Assembly: GCA_022071945.1 (NCBI GenBank)
Contig: JAJVIN010000029.1
Coordinates: forward strand, 390 to 64,389
Direction: 5' to 3'
From: Thermoanaerobaculia bacterium
Lineage (GTDB): Bacteria; Acidobacteriota; Thermoanaerobaculia; UBA5066
DNA length: 64,000 nucleotides
Under the pieces are notes generated by a model. The model did no database searches. It saw nothing but the letters and a program-made list of their open reading frames with translations, and was not told the origin of the DNA. The number at the start of each line of letters is the position of its first letter. The stretch's first letter is position 1. A program made the position numbers and the translations under genes. Shown here piece after piece: positions 15,395-24,485 of this stretch.

Positions 15395-17749
15395 ATGAAC
15401 AACAACGCGACCCCCTCCTCCGACTCACGCCGCTGGGCGCTTCTCGGATTCACTCTCCTCATCGCCTTCATCATCCTCGGCTTCTTCGGCCGGGAGGTCT
15501 ACCGGAAAGCCCCGCCGATCCCGGAGCGCGTCGTGGCGAAGGACGGCACCGTCATCGCGACGAAGGACCGGATTCTGACCGGCCAGCAGGTCTGGCAGTC
15601 GGCTGGCGGCCAGCAGCTCGGCTCCATCTGGGGACACGGCGCCTACCAGGCTCCCGACTGGACGGCCGACTGGCTCCACCGCGAGTCGATGGCCCTACTC
15701 GACGTGTGGGCGGAGCGGGAGGACGGGACGGCCTATTCGAACCTGTCGGCTGACCGTGCCGGCGCTCTGCGCGCCCGGCTGGTGCGCGAGATGCGGACCA
15801 ACACGTGGGACGAGAAGACGGGTGACGTCACCATCGGGAACGAGCGGGCCGAAGCCATCCGCCGCGTGGCGGCGCACTACGATGGCCTCTATGGCGGCGC
15901 GCCCGAGTTCGCGAAGCTCCGCCAGGCCTACGCCATGGCGGAAACGACGATCCCCGACGGCTCGAGGCGCCAGGACCTCACCGCCTTCTTCTTCTGGACG
16001 AGCTGGTCCGCAACGACCGAGCGTCCCGGTTTGAACATCACCTACACGAACAACTGGCCGCACGAACCCCTCGTCGAAAACCACCCCTCCGGCGCCAATG
16101 TCGTCTGGTCGATGGTGAGCATCGTGCTGCTCCTGGCGGCCACCGGCGCCATCGTCTGGTGGAAGGCGTTCCGCCCCGCGGAAGAACCGGTCCCGGCGCC
16201 CCCGGCGTTCGATCCCCTCTCGACCATCACCGTGACGCCCTCGATGAAGGCGACCGCGAAGTACCTGGGTGCCGTCATCGGACTCTTTGTCGTGCAGGTG
16301 GGGCTCGGCGCCCTGACCGCGCACTACACGGTCGAGGGACAGGCTTTCTTCGGGCTTCCGCTTTCCGAGTGGCTTCCCTACTCCCTCTCGCGCACCTGGC
16401 ACATCCAGACCGGCGTCTTCTGGATCGCGACGGCGTTTCTGGCGGCCGGGCTCTTCCTGGCCCCGGTCATCGGGGGCCACGAGCCGAAGTACCAGCGTCT
16501 GGGCGTCAACGTTCTCTTCGGCGCTCTCCTGCTCGTCGTGGCGGGCTCGCTGGCGGGTGAGTGGTTCGCGATCCACCAGGTCCTGCCGTTGCCCCTCAGC
16601 TTCTGGTTCGGCCACCAGGGCTACGAGTACGTCGATCTCGGACGCGCCTGGCAGATCGCCCTCTTCGCCGGGCTCGTTCTGTGGCTGGTCCTGATGCTCC
16701 GGGCGCTCGCCCCGGCCCTGAAGCGGCACGACGACGCTCGTTCCAACGACGCTCGTTCCAACGAGGCTCGTTCCAACGAGGCTCGCTCGCTCGTCCTGAT
16801 GTTCACCGGGGCGACGGCCGCCATCGGCCTCCTCTACGGCGCGGGCTTCTTCTTCACCGCCAAGACGCATCTCTCCGTCATGGAGTACTGGCGCTGGTGG
16901 GTGGTCCACCTCTGGGTCGAGGGCTTCTTCGAGGTCTTCGCGACGGCCGCCATCGCTCTCCTGTTCGCCAGGCTCGGCCTCGTCGACAAGAAGCACGCGG
17001 GCGCGGCCGTCATCGCCTCCTCCGCGCTGTTCCTCTTCGCCGGAATCCCCGGGACGTTCCACCACCTCTACTTCAGCGGCACGCCGACCTCGATCCTGGC
17101 GGTCGGGGCGAGCTTCAGCGCTCTCGAGGTCGTGCCCTTGACGCTGATCGGAATCGAGGCGTTCCAGACGAGCCGGCTGCAGTCCGTCGCCCCGTGGATG
17201 GCACGGTACCGCTGGCCGATCCGCTTCTTCGTCGGGGTCGCGTTCTGGAACCTCGTCGGCGCCGGCGTCTTCGGGTTCCTCATCAACCCCCCCATCGCTC
17301 TCTACTACATGCAGGGCCTCAACACGACACCTGTTCACGCGCACACGGCTCTCTTCGGTGTCTACGGGCTCCTCTCCCTGGGACTCTGTCTCGTCGTGGC
17401 CCGCAAGCTCTCGGGCGAGCGCCCCTGGCGGGAAGGCGCCCTGAAGGCGGCCTTCTGGACGTTGAACATCGGTCTCGGATTGATGGTGGCCCTGAGTCTC
17501 CTTCCGATCGGCCTGGCGCAAACCTGGGCGAGCGTCGAGCACGGACTCTGGTACGCGAGGAGCGCGGACTTCATGCAGCTGGCATGGGTGCAGAACCTCC
17601 GCTGGCTCCGGATCGTCGGAGACTCGGTCTTCCTTGCGGGGGTCGCGTCTCTCGCCTGGTTCTTCATCGGTCTTCTGACCGGGTGGAGCTACGAGGAAGA
17701 GCAGCCGGTCACGGAACCAGACAGCGTTCTCCCCCTCGGTTCGAACTGA
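15395..17749 (+). CDS. norZ: quinol-dependent nitric oxide reductase (qNOR / NorZ, single-subunit NorB-like)
   Basis: 784 aa. N-terminal TM plus periplasmic extension, then 12-TM heme-copper-oxidase-like core with conserved His ligands (HLYFSG, HAHTALFGVYG). 19 nt after ric, with aaaggaaagg RBS. Confidence 0.8.
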   Translation: MNNNATPSSDSRRWALLGFTLLIAFIILGFFGREVYRKAPPIPERVVAKDGTVIATKDRILTGQQVWQSAGGQQLGSIWGHGAYQAPDWTADWLHRESMALLDVWAEREDGTAYSNLSADRAGALRARLVREMRTNTWDEKTGDVTIGNERAEAIRRVAAHYDGLYGGAPEFAKLRQAYAMAETTIPDGSRRQDLTAFFFWTSWSATTERPGLNITYTNNWPHEPLVENHPSGANVVWSMVSIVLLLAATGAIVWWKAFRPAEEPVPAPPAFDPLSTITVTPSMKATAKYLGAVIGLFVVQVGLGALTAHYTVEGQAFFGLPLSEWLPYSLSRTWHIQTGVFWIATAFLAAGLFLAPVIGGHEPKYQRLGVNVLFGALLLVVAGSLAGEWFAIHQVLPLPLSFWFGHQGYEYVDLGRAWQIALFAGLVLWLVLMLRALAPALKRHDDARSNDARSNEARSNEARSLVLMFTGATAAIGLLYGAGFFFTAKTHLSVMEYWRWWVVHLWVEGFFEVFATAAIALLFARLGLVDKKHAGAAVIASSALFLFAGIPGTFHHLYFSGTPTSILAVGASFSALEVVPLTLIGIEAFQTSRLQSVAPWMARYRWPIRFFVGVAFWNLVGAGVFGFLINPPIALYYMQGLNTTPVHAHTALFGVYGLLSLGLCLVVARKLSGERPWREGALKAAFWTLNIGLGLMVALSLLPIGLAQTWASVEHGLWYARSADFMQLAWVQNLRWLRIVGDSVFLAGVASLAWFFIGLLTGWSYEEEQPVTEPDSVLPLGSN
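16733..16792 (+). repeat. In-frame 15-nt x4 tandem repeat inside norZ (encodes DARSN-DARSN-EARSN-EARSL)
   Basis: gacgctcgttccaac x2, gaggctcgttccaac, gaggctcgctcgctc. Read directly from the sequence. Confidence 0.85.
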
Positions 17750-17777
17750 TCAACAGGTCACTCTGATCTCCAGGAGC

Positions 17778-17801
17778 GGCCGGCCCTTCCGGGGGCCGGC
17801 C
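17778..17801 (+). terminator. GC-rich hairpin after norZ (ggccggccc-loop-gggccggcc)
   Basis: Perfect 9-bp inverted repeat 29 nt after the norZ stop, followed by gttcgctttcc. Confidence 0.45.
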
Positions 17802-17847
17802 GTTCGCTTTCCGCCGCCCGCGCCATCCTGAATAGAATCCTGTCCGT

Positions 17848-19581
17848 TTGATCAGCTCCCGTAGCCTGGCTCCGCTCGTCGCGCTCGCCCTCGTCTGCTC
17901 TCTTCGGTTGATGAGTTTGGGACGCGATCTGTGGGAATGGGATGAGATCCTGTTCGTGGATGCCGTGCAGCACGGAATCGACGTGCGCGTGAACCGGCCT
18001 CATCCTCCGGGTTACCCCGCCTTCGTCTCCCTTTCGCAGTTGGCGACACGCGCCGGAATGTCACCCTTCGAAGCCTCGCGTTCGGCCGGCGTGGCGGGAG
18101 GCATTCTGTCCGTCATCGGAGTGTATTGCCTGGCTCTCACACTCGGGACCTCGCGGGCGGGAAGTCTCTTCGCGGCCGTGGCCTATGCGCTGTTGCCGGC
18201 CGTGTGGCTGCACGGTGTCAGACCGCTCTCAGATCCGCCAGGCGCGGCAGCCTTCCTCTTTTCCATGACCTGCTTCCTCAGGAGCATGAAGGGGGGACGG
18301 GTGCCCGACCTGGCACTCGGGTTCGCCCTTCTCGCGGTGGGCTGCGGGCTGCGCCCCCAGACCGCCATCCTGCTCGTGCCGCTCGCGTCGATGAGTCTCC
18401 TCGAGGCCGTGCGCAGGAGAGGCCCGCGAAGTCTGGTCGCGCCCATCTTCATCATCGCAGTCCTGTCTTTTCTGTTGTACTGGCCAGTGCTCCAAGGCTC
18501 TGGGGGACTCCACGGCTACATTCAGGCGATCACGTCGCAGGGCAGATTTCTCCTCGCCGAGGACAGTCCCGGTCTGGGAGTTCTGTCACCGCGAGTATGG
18601 AAGAGATGGCTCTTCGATCCTTTCGGATCCGGACTCGTCGCGCTGGGATACTGGGGAGCAAGCATCCTGGCGTTCTTCCGTTCCCCTCGAGAGCTGAGGT
18701 TTCCGCTCTTGGCCGCATTTGGCCCCACGGCCGTTCTCTCCGTCCTCTTCCTGGGGTCACATGTCGCACCCCGATACGCCATCGGGCTCCTGGCGGCACC
18801 CTGCATCCTCACCGGGATGGCGCTGGACGGAGTCACCCCTCGGCCGTCGCGCCAATGGTGGGCCGCGACCGCGGCCACCTTGCTTCTGGCGGCTTCAGCC
18901 TCGATCTCGGTACCCGGCGTGATGGAAGTCCATGACAAGAGCAGTCCATCCGTGGCCTTGGTCGAAGCGCTAGAGGCCGACCCTCGCTTCGCGGGGAGGC
19001 CCGTCGTTGTCGATGAACCACTCGAGCTGCACGCAAGCCGTTCCGCGCTCCGGACCCGCCTGACCGTGATCCATGAGTGGGTGCCGCTGGCTCCAGAAAG
19101 AGACGCTCTGCTCGCCTTCGCGGATTACCGGCCCATCGGACTCCAGCCGGCGCGGGTCTTTGCCTTCAACTCCGCCGGGCTGGCTCGATTCTCCCGTGGC
19201 AGGTATATCGAGACGTCGATCTACGATGGCCGAGAGGGCGCTGCGATTCACATCCCGGAGGTCACAGGTCCGGGAGCGTGGAACGAGAGAGGGCAGATTG
19301 CCCGCCTCCGGAGTGGCTCGACCTTCACTCTCCGTTCTCCCGAGGGCCGGGCGCAGATCGCCTTCAAGGTCGAGGCAGAAAGGCGTGCGTCCGTGTCTCT
19401 CGCGACCCCCACGGAGAGCCGAACGCTCGAGTTCGCTCCCGGCTCCGTCCCCATGGAATTCACGGCTTCGCCGGACCCGGCGACATCGATCTCGTTGCGC
19501 ATGAGTGTTCTCACAGGCCAAGTCAGCCTGACCCAGTGGCGAATCACCCACAGTCGCACCGGCGTCACCGCCGGCAAGTGA
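17848..19581 (+). CDS. polytopic membrane protein, GT-C (PMT/ArnT-like) glycosyltransferase fold, putative
   Basis: 577 aa, many TM helices. EWDE-containing first loop and HPPGYP motif reminiscent of GT39/GT83. Soluble C-terminal domain. Starts at TTG with no clear RBS, so the start is uncertain. Confidence 0.5.
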   Translation: MISSRSLAPLVALALVCSLRLMSLGRDLWEWDEILFVDAVQHGIDVRVNRPHPPGYPAFVSLSQLATRAGMSPFEASRSAGVAGGILSVIGVYCLALTLGTSRAGSLFAAVAYALLPAVWLHGVRPLSDPPGAAAFLFSMTCFLRSMKGGRVPDLALGFALLAVGCGLRPQTAILLVPLASMSLLEAVRRRGPRSLVAPIFIIAVLSFLLYWPVLQGSGGLHGYIQAITSQGRFLLAEDSPGLGVLSPRVWKRWLFDPFGSGLVALGYWGASILAFFRSPRELRFPLLAAFGPTAVLSVLFLGSHVAPRYAIGLLAAPCILTGMALDGVTPRPSRQWWAATAATLLLAASASISVPGVMEVHDKSSPSVALVEALEADPRFAGRPVVVDEPLELHASRSALRTRLTVIHEWVPLAPERDALLAFADYRPIGLQPARVFAFNSAGLARFSRGRYIETSIYDGREGAAIHIPEVTGPGAWNERGQIARLRSGSTFTLRSPEGRAQIAFKVEAERRASVSLATPTESRTLEFAPGSVPMEFTASPDPATSISLRMSVLTGQVSLTQWRITHSRTGVTAGK

Positions 19582-19694
19582 ACCCGATGATGGACCCATG
19601 ATGTTGCACTTGGAATAGAATCAATCGCTTATCTTGTACCGCGGGAGAGCGGTCCGGCACCATCCGTGGTGACCAAAGAGAGAAGGGGCGACTC

Positions 19695-22600
19695 ATGACA
19701 CCCTCCAGACGGTCAGCTCTCGCGATAGTGGCGGCTGTACTTCTTGGTCTCTTCCCAGAGGCCGGGACCGAAGCTCAGCCGGCATATCTCGTCAAGGACA
19801 TCAACGCCGCGCGGTACGCGGGCGGCTCGAGCGGCGAGTTGAGGAACTTCAAGACCGTGGGAGCGATGGCGTTCTTCTCGGCGCTCGACGAATACGGACA
19901 GGATGCCGTCTGGAGGTCCGACGGGACTCCCGGGGGCACCGTGGCCCTCTTCCGGGTCCCGAGGAGCTACAGGGGCCAGATCATCCAGTCGATCGAGCCG
20001 GTGGGGGATCGGGTCTACTTCGTCGCAAACGCCTCCGCGGCCGGCAGGGAGTTGTGGGTCACCGACGCAAGCCCCTCGGGAGCGCACCTTCTCGCGGACC
20101 TCACTCCGGGACCCTTCAGCACGACCTTCGGCGAGATTGCCGGCGCCAATGGCGAGCTCTACTTCACCATTACGGACTGGGACACATCGAGGCGTGGCCT
20201 GTGGCGCACGCAGGGACCGGACAGTGCTCCGATACAGCTCAGGGTGTCCTCGTTGCTGCCCAGCAAATTGGCCGAGGCAGGAGGAATGGTGTACTTCGCC
20301 GACAGCGACTCGCAGACGGGCAGCGAGCTGTGGGTCACGGATGGTTCGGTGGCCGGGACGCGGCTCGTCGCGGACCTCGTACCGGGCCCGGCGTCCTCGA
20401 GTCCCCAGATCATCCGTCGAGCCGGTGGCAAGATCTTCGTCGTGACGGGCGACAGCTCGTGGTGGGACCTCTGGTCCTTCCCGATCGGGACGTCCACGCC
20501 CGAGAAGCTGAAGGGCGTTCGCCACTTGTCGTCTTCTCTCCCGGGGCCGTCCCTCGGCCTCTACGGCACGTTCCTGCTCGCCGCCCCCGACGAGGATGGC
20601 CGCCGGCGGCTCTTCGCATCCGATGGCACCACCGCGGGAACGGAGGCGATCACCCCACCGATCCAATGGCGCGTGACGGCCATGGTCCAGGTGAGGTCGG
20701 TCGCCTTGGTCGAAACCGATGACGACATCCTGGTCACCGACGGCACGCCCGAGGGGACGGCCTTCTATCCTCCCGGCTCAGATGTCAGGGGCCTGACGTC
20801 GTGCGGCGAGACTGCGTTCGTGGTTCGATCGGATGGCACGATTTCACAGACAGAAGGTACACCCTCCGACGAACGCACCGTTCTTCCCCTCAACGCGGCG
20901 CCGTACTCCTCGTCGATTCGCGGGGCTGATTCCGTGCTGTATGTCAGCAGTCAGAATCCGCCCATGTTGTTCGCGTACTCGCCATCGAACAGCCAGTTCG
21001 TTCTGCTTCGAGCCTTCAATGCCGCGGGAACGGTGGACAGCGAGCCCCTGGGCGTCGTGGCCCACGGAAATCGCCTGCTCTACTCGGACGCCTACGGCCT
21101 CCATGCCGCCGGCCCTGAACCCGGCGACACCCCGCAGCTGCTATCGGTGCGTGACCTCTATTACCTCGGAACCGCCGGTCCTTCCCGAATTCCATGCTTC
21201 GGTTCGGCCTACGGCAATGTCCTGAACCTCTACCTTTCAAATGGGACGCCTGAGGGAACGGTTCCCTTTCTGTCCGTTCCGCTGACCGGTTTCCACGCCC
21301 AATCCCGGCCGCTCTCGGGAGCGAGCGCCGGTGATCAGCTCTTCTTTTCGACAAACGGGGACTGGAGCCCCACGACGCTCTGGAGAACCGACGGCACAGC
21401 GGCCGGCACGGTCGCCCTGCGCCAGTTCATGACGTCTGCCACGCTCACCTTTGCGGGTGCGGAGAGCCAGCTCTTCTTCATGGCCCGGAGCAGCACGGAG
21501 AATGGGCTCTGGCGAAGCGACGGGACCGCTGGGGGGACCTTCCGCTTTTTCGAGTTCGACTCCTCGCTCAATCCCTCGGACGTGAGCATCGCCGTCCTGG
21601 GCAACAAGCTCACATTCGTTCTGAGGCGTTCGCTCCCTTCCGGTTCGTACCAGGTCGAACTGTGGTCCTCGGACGGGACCCAGGACGGCACGAGGTTGAT
21701 CTCGAGCTTCTCTCCCAGTCCCTATTACATCCCGGGGCCCGGTCTCGTCCCCGGACCCGGCGGTGTCTTCTTCATCGCTTGGACTCCATCGGGTTATCGA
21801 CTTTTCCGAACCGACGGGACCTCCTCGGGAACCACGGAAGTCATTCCGGACTACGACTTGGCCTCGAGTTCGCTGCAGGCCGTTCTCACATTGGGCGGCA
21901 AGCTCCTTCTCCTCTCCGGCGGCAGAGTCCTGGCGAGCGACGGCACGGCGGCTGGAACGATCCAGATAGGTTTATACGGGAGTCCCGGAGGCAGGAACAC
22001 ACCCGTCGTCGCCGAGTTCCAGAATGGAATCGTCTACCCCGGATACTCCTCCGGTGAATACGAGCTTTTCTTCACGGACGGGACAGTGGCGGGCACGCGG
22101 CTCCTGCAGGACATCGCTCCGGACGGCGAGTCCTCCAACCCGGAGTGGTTCGTCAGGATCGGCACGAGGGTCTACTTCCTGGCGAAGACCCGCGAATTCG
22201 GACGCGAGCCATGGGTGCTGCCCGAGGGCTGCTCGGGGGGCGCCCCCGCTCCCATTCCCACGATCGAGACCGCGGCAGGCAGCACCCTGGGCTGCGGCGA
22301 TCTCGGATCCATCACGCTCACCGTGAACGGCCCGTACGCGCGCTTCCTCTGGAGCAACGGCGAGGCGGGAAACCAGGTCACCCTCGCCGCCGAGCCCGCG
22401 AGGATCGTGTCCGTCACCGGCATCGATGCGAGCGGCTGCGCGGGCGGCACCGCCTACCACTACATCCGGGTCCGCAACACGCCATCCGCCGTTCTGCCGA
22501 ACACCTCGCGATCGGTTTGCGCAGGAGGTTCCACGGAAATCCGGGCCTACCTGACCGGCACTCCACCCTGGCAGGTCCTCTGGTCGGATGGAGTGAAGCA

Positions 22601-24485
22601 GGATGCGAGCCTGAGCCCGGCCGTCCGCGACGTGTCTCCCGCCGTGACGACCCGCTACTCGGTGGCGGACGTGCGGGACGCACACTGCTTTGGCACCGGA
22701 TCGGGTTCCATCGAGGTTCAGGTCGCGGCCCCCGCCGAGATCACCGCACCCTCGCTCGCATGCGCCCATCAAACCGGCCTCGTCGCCTCTGCTCCTCCTC
22801 GTCTCTACTCGGCGACCTATTCCTGGTCGATCGAGAACGGCACCATCGTCGGATCGGCCTCGGAACCAACCGTGACCTTCAATACCCTGGGACCGGGCAC
22901 CCTGACACTGCGTCTCGTGCTGGTCCACGGAGGCTGTTCGACGCAGGTCGAGAGATCCGTCGAGGTCGGATTGATCCCGGGCGTCCCGGCTCCCGTCGCC
23001 CCCGCAAGTGGAGTCACGGGCGTGACCGAACCTCTCCTGTCATGGGAAGACCCGGCCGCCGGCGAATTCGACGTTCTCTTCGACACGGTCAATCCTCCGA
23101 GGGCTCGCGCCGCCATCGGTCTTCGAGCCAAAAAGTTCGCCCCGGCCGGCTGGCTCCCCGGCCAGACCTATTTCTGGCGCGTCGCCAAGCCCACTCCCTG
23201 CGGCCCCGTCTATTCGGAAGTCCGGCAGCTCACGACGAGCTCGTGCCCCTGGACGGGGGCCACGCCCGCCCTCGTATCGCCTGCTGACGGCACGAGCGGT
23301 CAGAATCCTTCCACCACGTTCGCCTGGACCCCGGTCACGGGAACCGGGCACTACGACCTTTACCTGGGGAGCTCGCTCGCAGGCCTGCGCCGGTACCGGA
23401 GCGTCCCGCCGGACACGACCTCGCTTCCCGTCTCCCTGAGCGCCCAGTCCGGGTACTTCTGGAAGGTCGTGGCCGTTCCCTCGTGCGGGAGTGCCGCCGC
23501 GGTATCCAGCCCCGTCGCCTCTCTTCGGACGGGGTCCTCCCAGCCCGCGCTCGCCTTCGTCTCTCCCCCGCTCTTCCAGAGGGATTCCGGCACTCGCCTG
23601 GCTGTTCTTGGCTCGGGTTTCGACAGCGCCGATAGCCTGCACGGGGAGGCCGAAGACGGACTGCTGCAGGGCGTTCTTCAGGGCACGGCTGACGCGAACC
23701 GCAGGGACCTCTGGATTCCCGCGAACCAGTCTCAGCGCGCCGGGTTCTACGACTTCTGGCTCGAGTCCGGCGGGCTTGAACGGGCACGGATCCCGATGGC
23801 CCTCACGGTTCAGGCGTTCGAGGACGTCCCCGCTTCGAGCTTCGCTTTTCTGTCGACATCACGGGCTGTCGAAAAGGGGTTCGTCGAATGGCCCGTCTCA
23901 TATCCTGGATCCCGGTTCGAGCCGGGAACTGTCGTGAGCAGAAGAGACGCCGCCTCGGCGCTGGCAAGCACCTACAAGTATCTCGTCGACGGAACGACGG
24001 AGCTCGAAGACGCCACGTGTACTCCCGCGGGCTCCTCGGGATCGACGGATTTCATCGACGTCAGCTGCTGGGACCCCGCATGGCTCGCCATTCACTGGCT
24101 CAAGACATGGGGGGTCACCCAGGGGGCGGGATGTCCCGAGGGCCCCTGTTTCAAACCCTACGATCCGATGGACCGTTCTCAGATGATCACGTTCTTGCTG
24201 CGGCTCAAGTTCGGACCTTCTCTTTCGGGCTTTCTCGATTCTCTCGGGACCGTCGATCCTGGCTGCGCGGCGGCATGGCCGTCGTGCTCGGGCTGGACGG
24301 ATCCCGGCCTGCAGGTCGAGACCTGGCCCCGGCGCGAGGCAAACCTGGGCTTCCAGACTCGTCTCACGGCGGGCTGCGCGGGAACGGCCGGGAATGGCCT
24401 CACCTTCTGCGCCAGTGCTCCCGTGACTCGCGATCAACTCGCCGAGTTCCTCGCACGGCTCTCCGGACTCGTACCGGCCCCATGA
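19695..24485 (+). CDS. giant secreted cell-surface protein: signal peptide, ELWxxDGT repeats, Ig-like Cys domains, Fn3-like domains, three C-terminal SLH domains
   Basis: 1596 aa. Repeated (E/G)LW(V/R)(T/S)DG(T/S)xxGT modules. Cys-pair Ig-like modules around residues 850-1100. C-terminus has SLH-type motifs FEDVPASSFAFLSTSRAVEKGFV, FIDVSCWDPAWLAIHWLKTWGVTQG, VTRDQLAEFLARL. Confidence 0.75.
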   Translation: MTPSRRSALAIVAAVLLGLFPEAGTEAQPAYLVKDINAARYAGGSSGELRNFKTVGAMAFFSALDEYGQDAVWRSDGTPGGTVALFRVPRSYRGQIIQSIEPVGDRVYFVANASAAGRELWVTDASPSGAHLLADLTPGPFSTTFGEIAGANGELYFTITDWDTSRRGLWRTQGPDSAPIQLRVSSLLPSKLAEAGGMVYFADSDSQTGSELWVTDGSVAGTRLVADLVPGPASSSPQIIRRAGGKIFVVTGDSSWWDLWSFPIGTSTPEKLKGVRHLSSSLPGPSLGLYGTFLLAAPDEDGRRRLFASDGTTAGTEAITPPIQWRVTAMVQVRSVALVETDDDILVTDGTPEGTAFYPPGSDVRGLTSCGETAFVVRSDGTISQTEGTPSDERTVLPLNAAPYSSSIRGADSVLYVSSQNPPMLFAYSPSNSQFVLLRAFNAAGTVDSEPLGVVAHGNRLLYSDAYGLHAAGPEPGDTPQLLSVRDLYYLGTAGPSRIPCFGSAYGNVLNLYLSNGTPEGTVPFLSVPLTGFHAQSRPLSGASAGDQLFFSTNGDWSPTTLWRTDGTAAGTVALRQFMTSATLTFAGAESQLFFMARSSTENGLWRSDGTAGGTFRFFEFDSSLNPSDVSIAVLGNKLTFVLRRSLPSGSYQVELWSSDGTQDGTRLISSFSPSPYYIPGPGLVPGPGGVFFIAWTPSGYRLFRTDGTSSGTTEVIPDYDLASSSLQAVLTLGGKLLLLSGGRVLASDGTAAGTIQIGLYGSPGGRNTPVVAEFQNGIVYPGYSSGEYELFFTDGTVAGTRLLQDIAPDGESSNPEWFVRIGTRVYFLAKTREFGREPWVLPEGCSGGAPAPIPTIETAAGSTLGCGDLGSITLTVNGPYARFLWSNGEAGNQVTLAAEPARIVSVTGIDASGCAGGTAYHYIRVRNTPSAVLPNTSRSVCAGGSTEIRAYLTGTPPWQVLWSDGVKQDASLSPAVRDVSPAVTTRYSVADVRDAHCFGTGSGSIEVQVAAPAEITAPSLACAHQTGLVASAPPRLYSATYSWSIENGTIVGSASEPTVTFNTLGPGTLTLRLVLVHGGCSTQVERSVEVGLIPGVPAPVAPASGVTGVTEPLLSWEDPAAGEFDVLFDTVNPPRARAAIGLRAKKFAPAGWLPGQTYFWRVAKPTPCGPVYSEVRQLTTSSCPWTGATPALVSPADGTSGQNPSTTFAWTPVTGTGHYDLYLGSSLAGLRRYRSVPPDTTSLPVSLSAQSGYFWKVVAVPSCGSAAAVSSPVASLRTGSSQPALAFVSPPLFQRDSGTRLAVLGSGFDSADSLHGEAEDGLLQGVLQGTADANRRDLWIPANQSQRAGFYDFWLESGGLERARIPMALTVQAFEDVPASSFAFLSTSRAVEKGFVEWPVSYPGSRFEPGTVVSRRDAASALASTYKYLVDGTTELEDATCTPAGSSGSTDFIDVSCWDPAWLAIHWLKTWGVTQGAGCPEGPCFKPYDPMDRSQMITFLLRLKFGPSLSGFLDSLGTVDPGCAAAWPSCSGWTDPGLQVETWPRREANLGFQTRLTAGCAGTAGNGLTFCASAPVTRDQLAEFLARLSGLVPAP

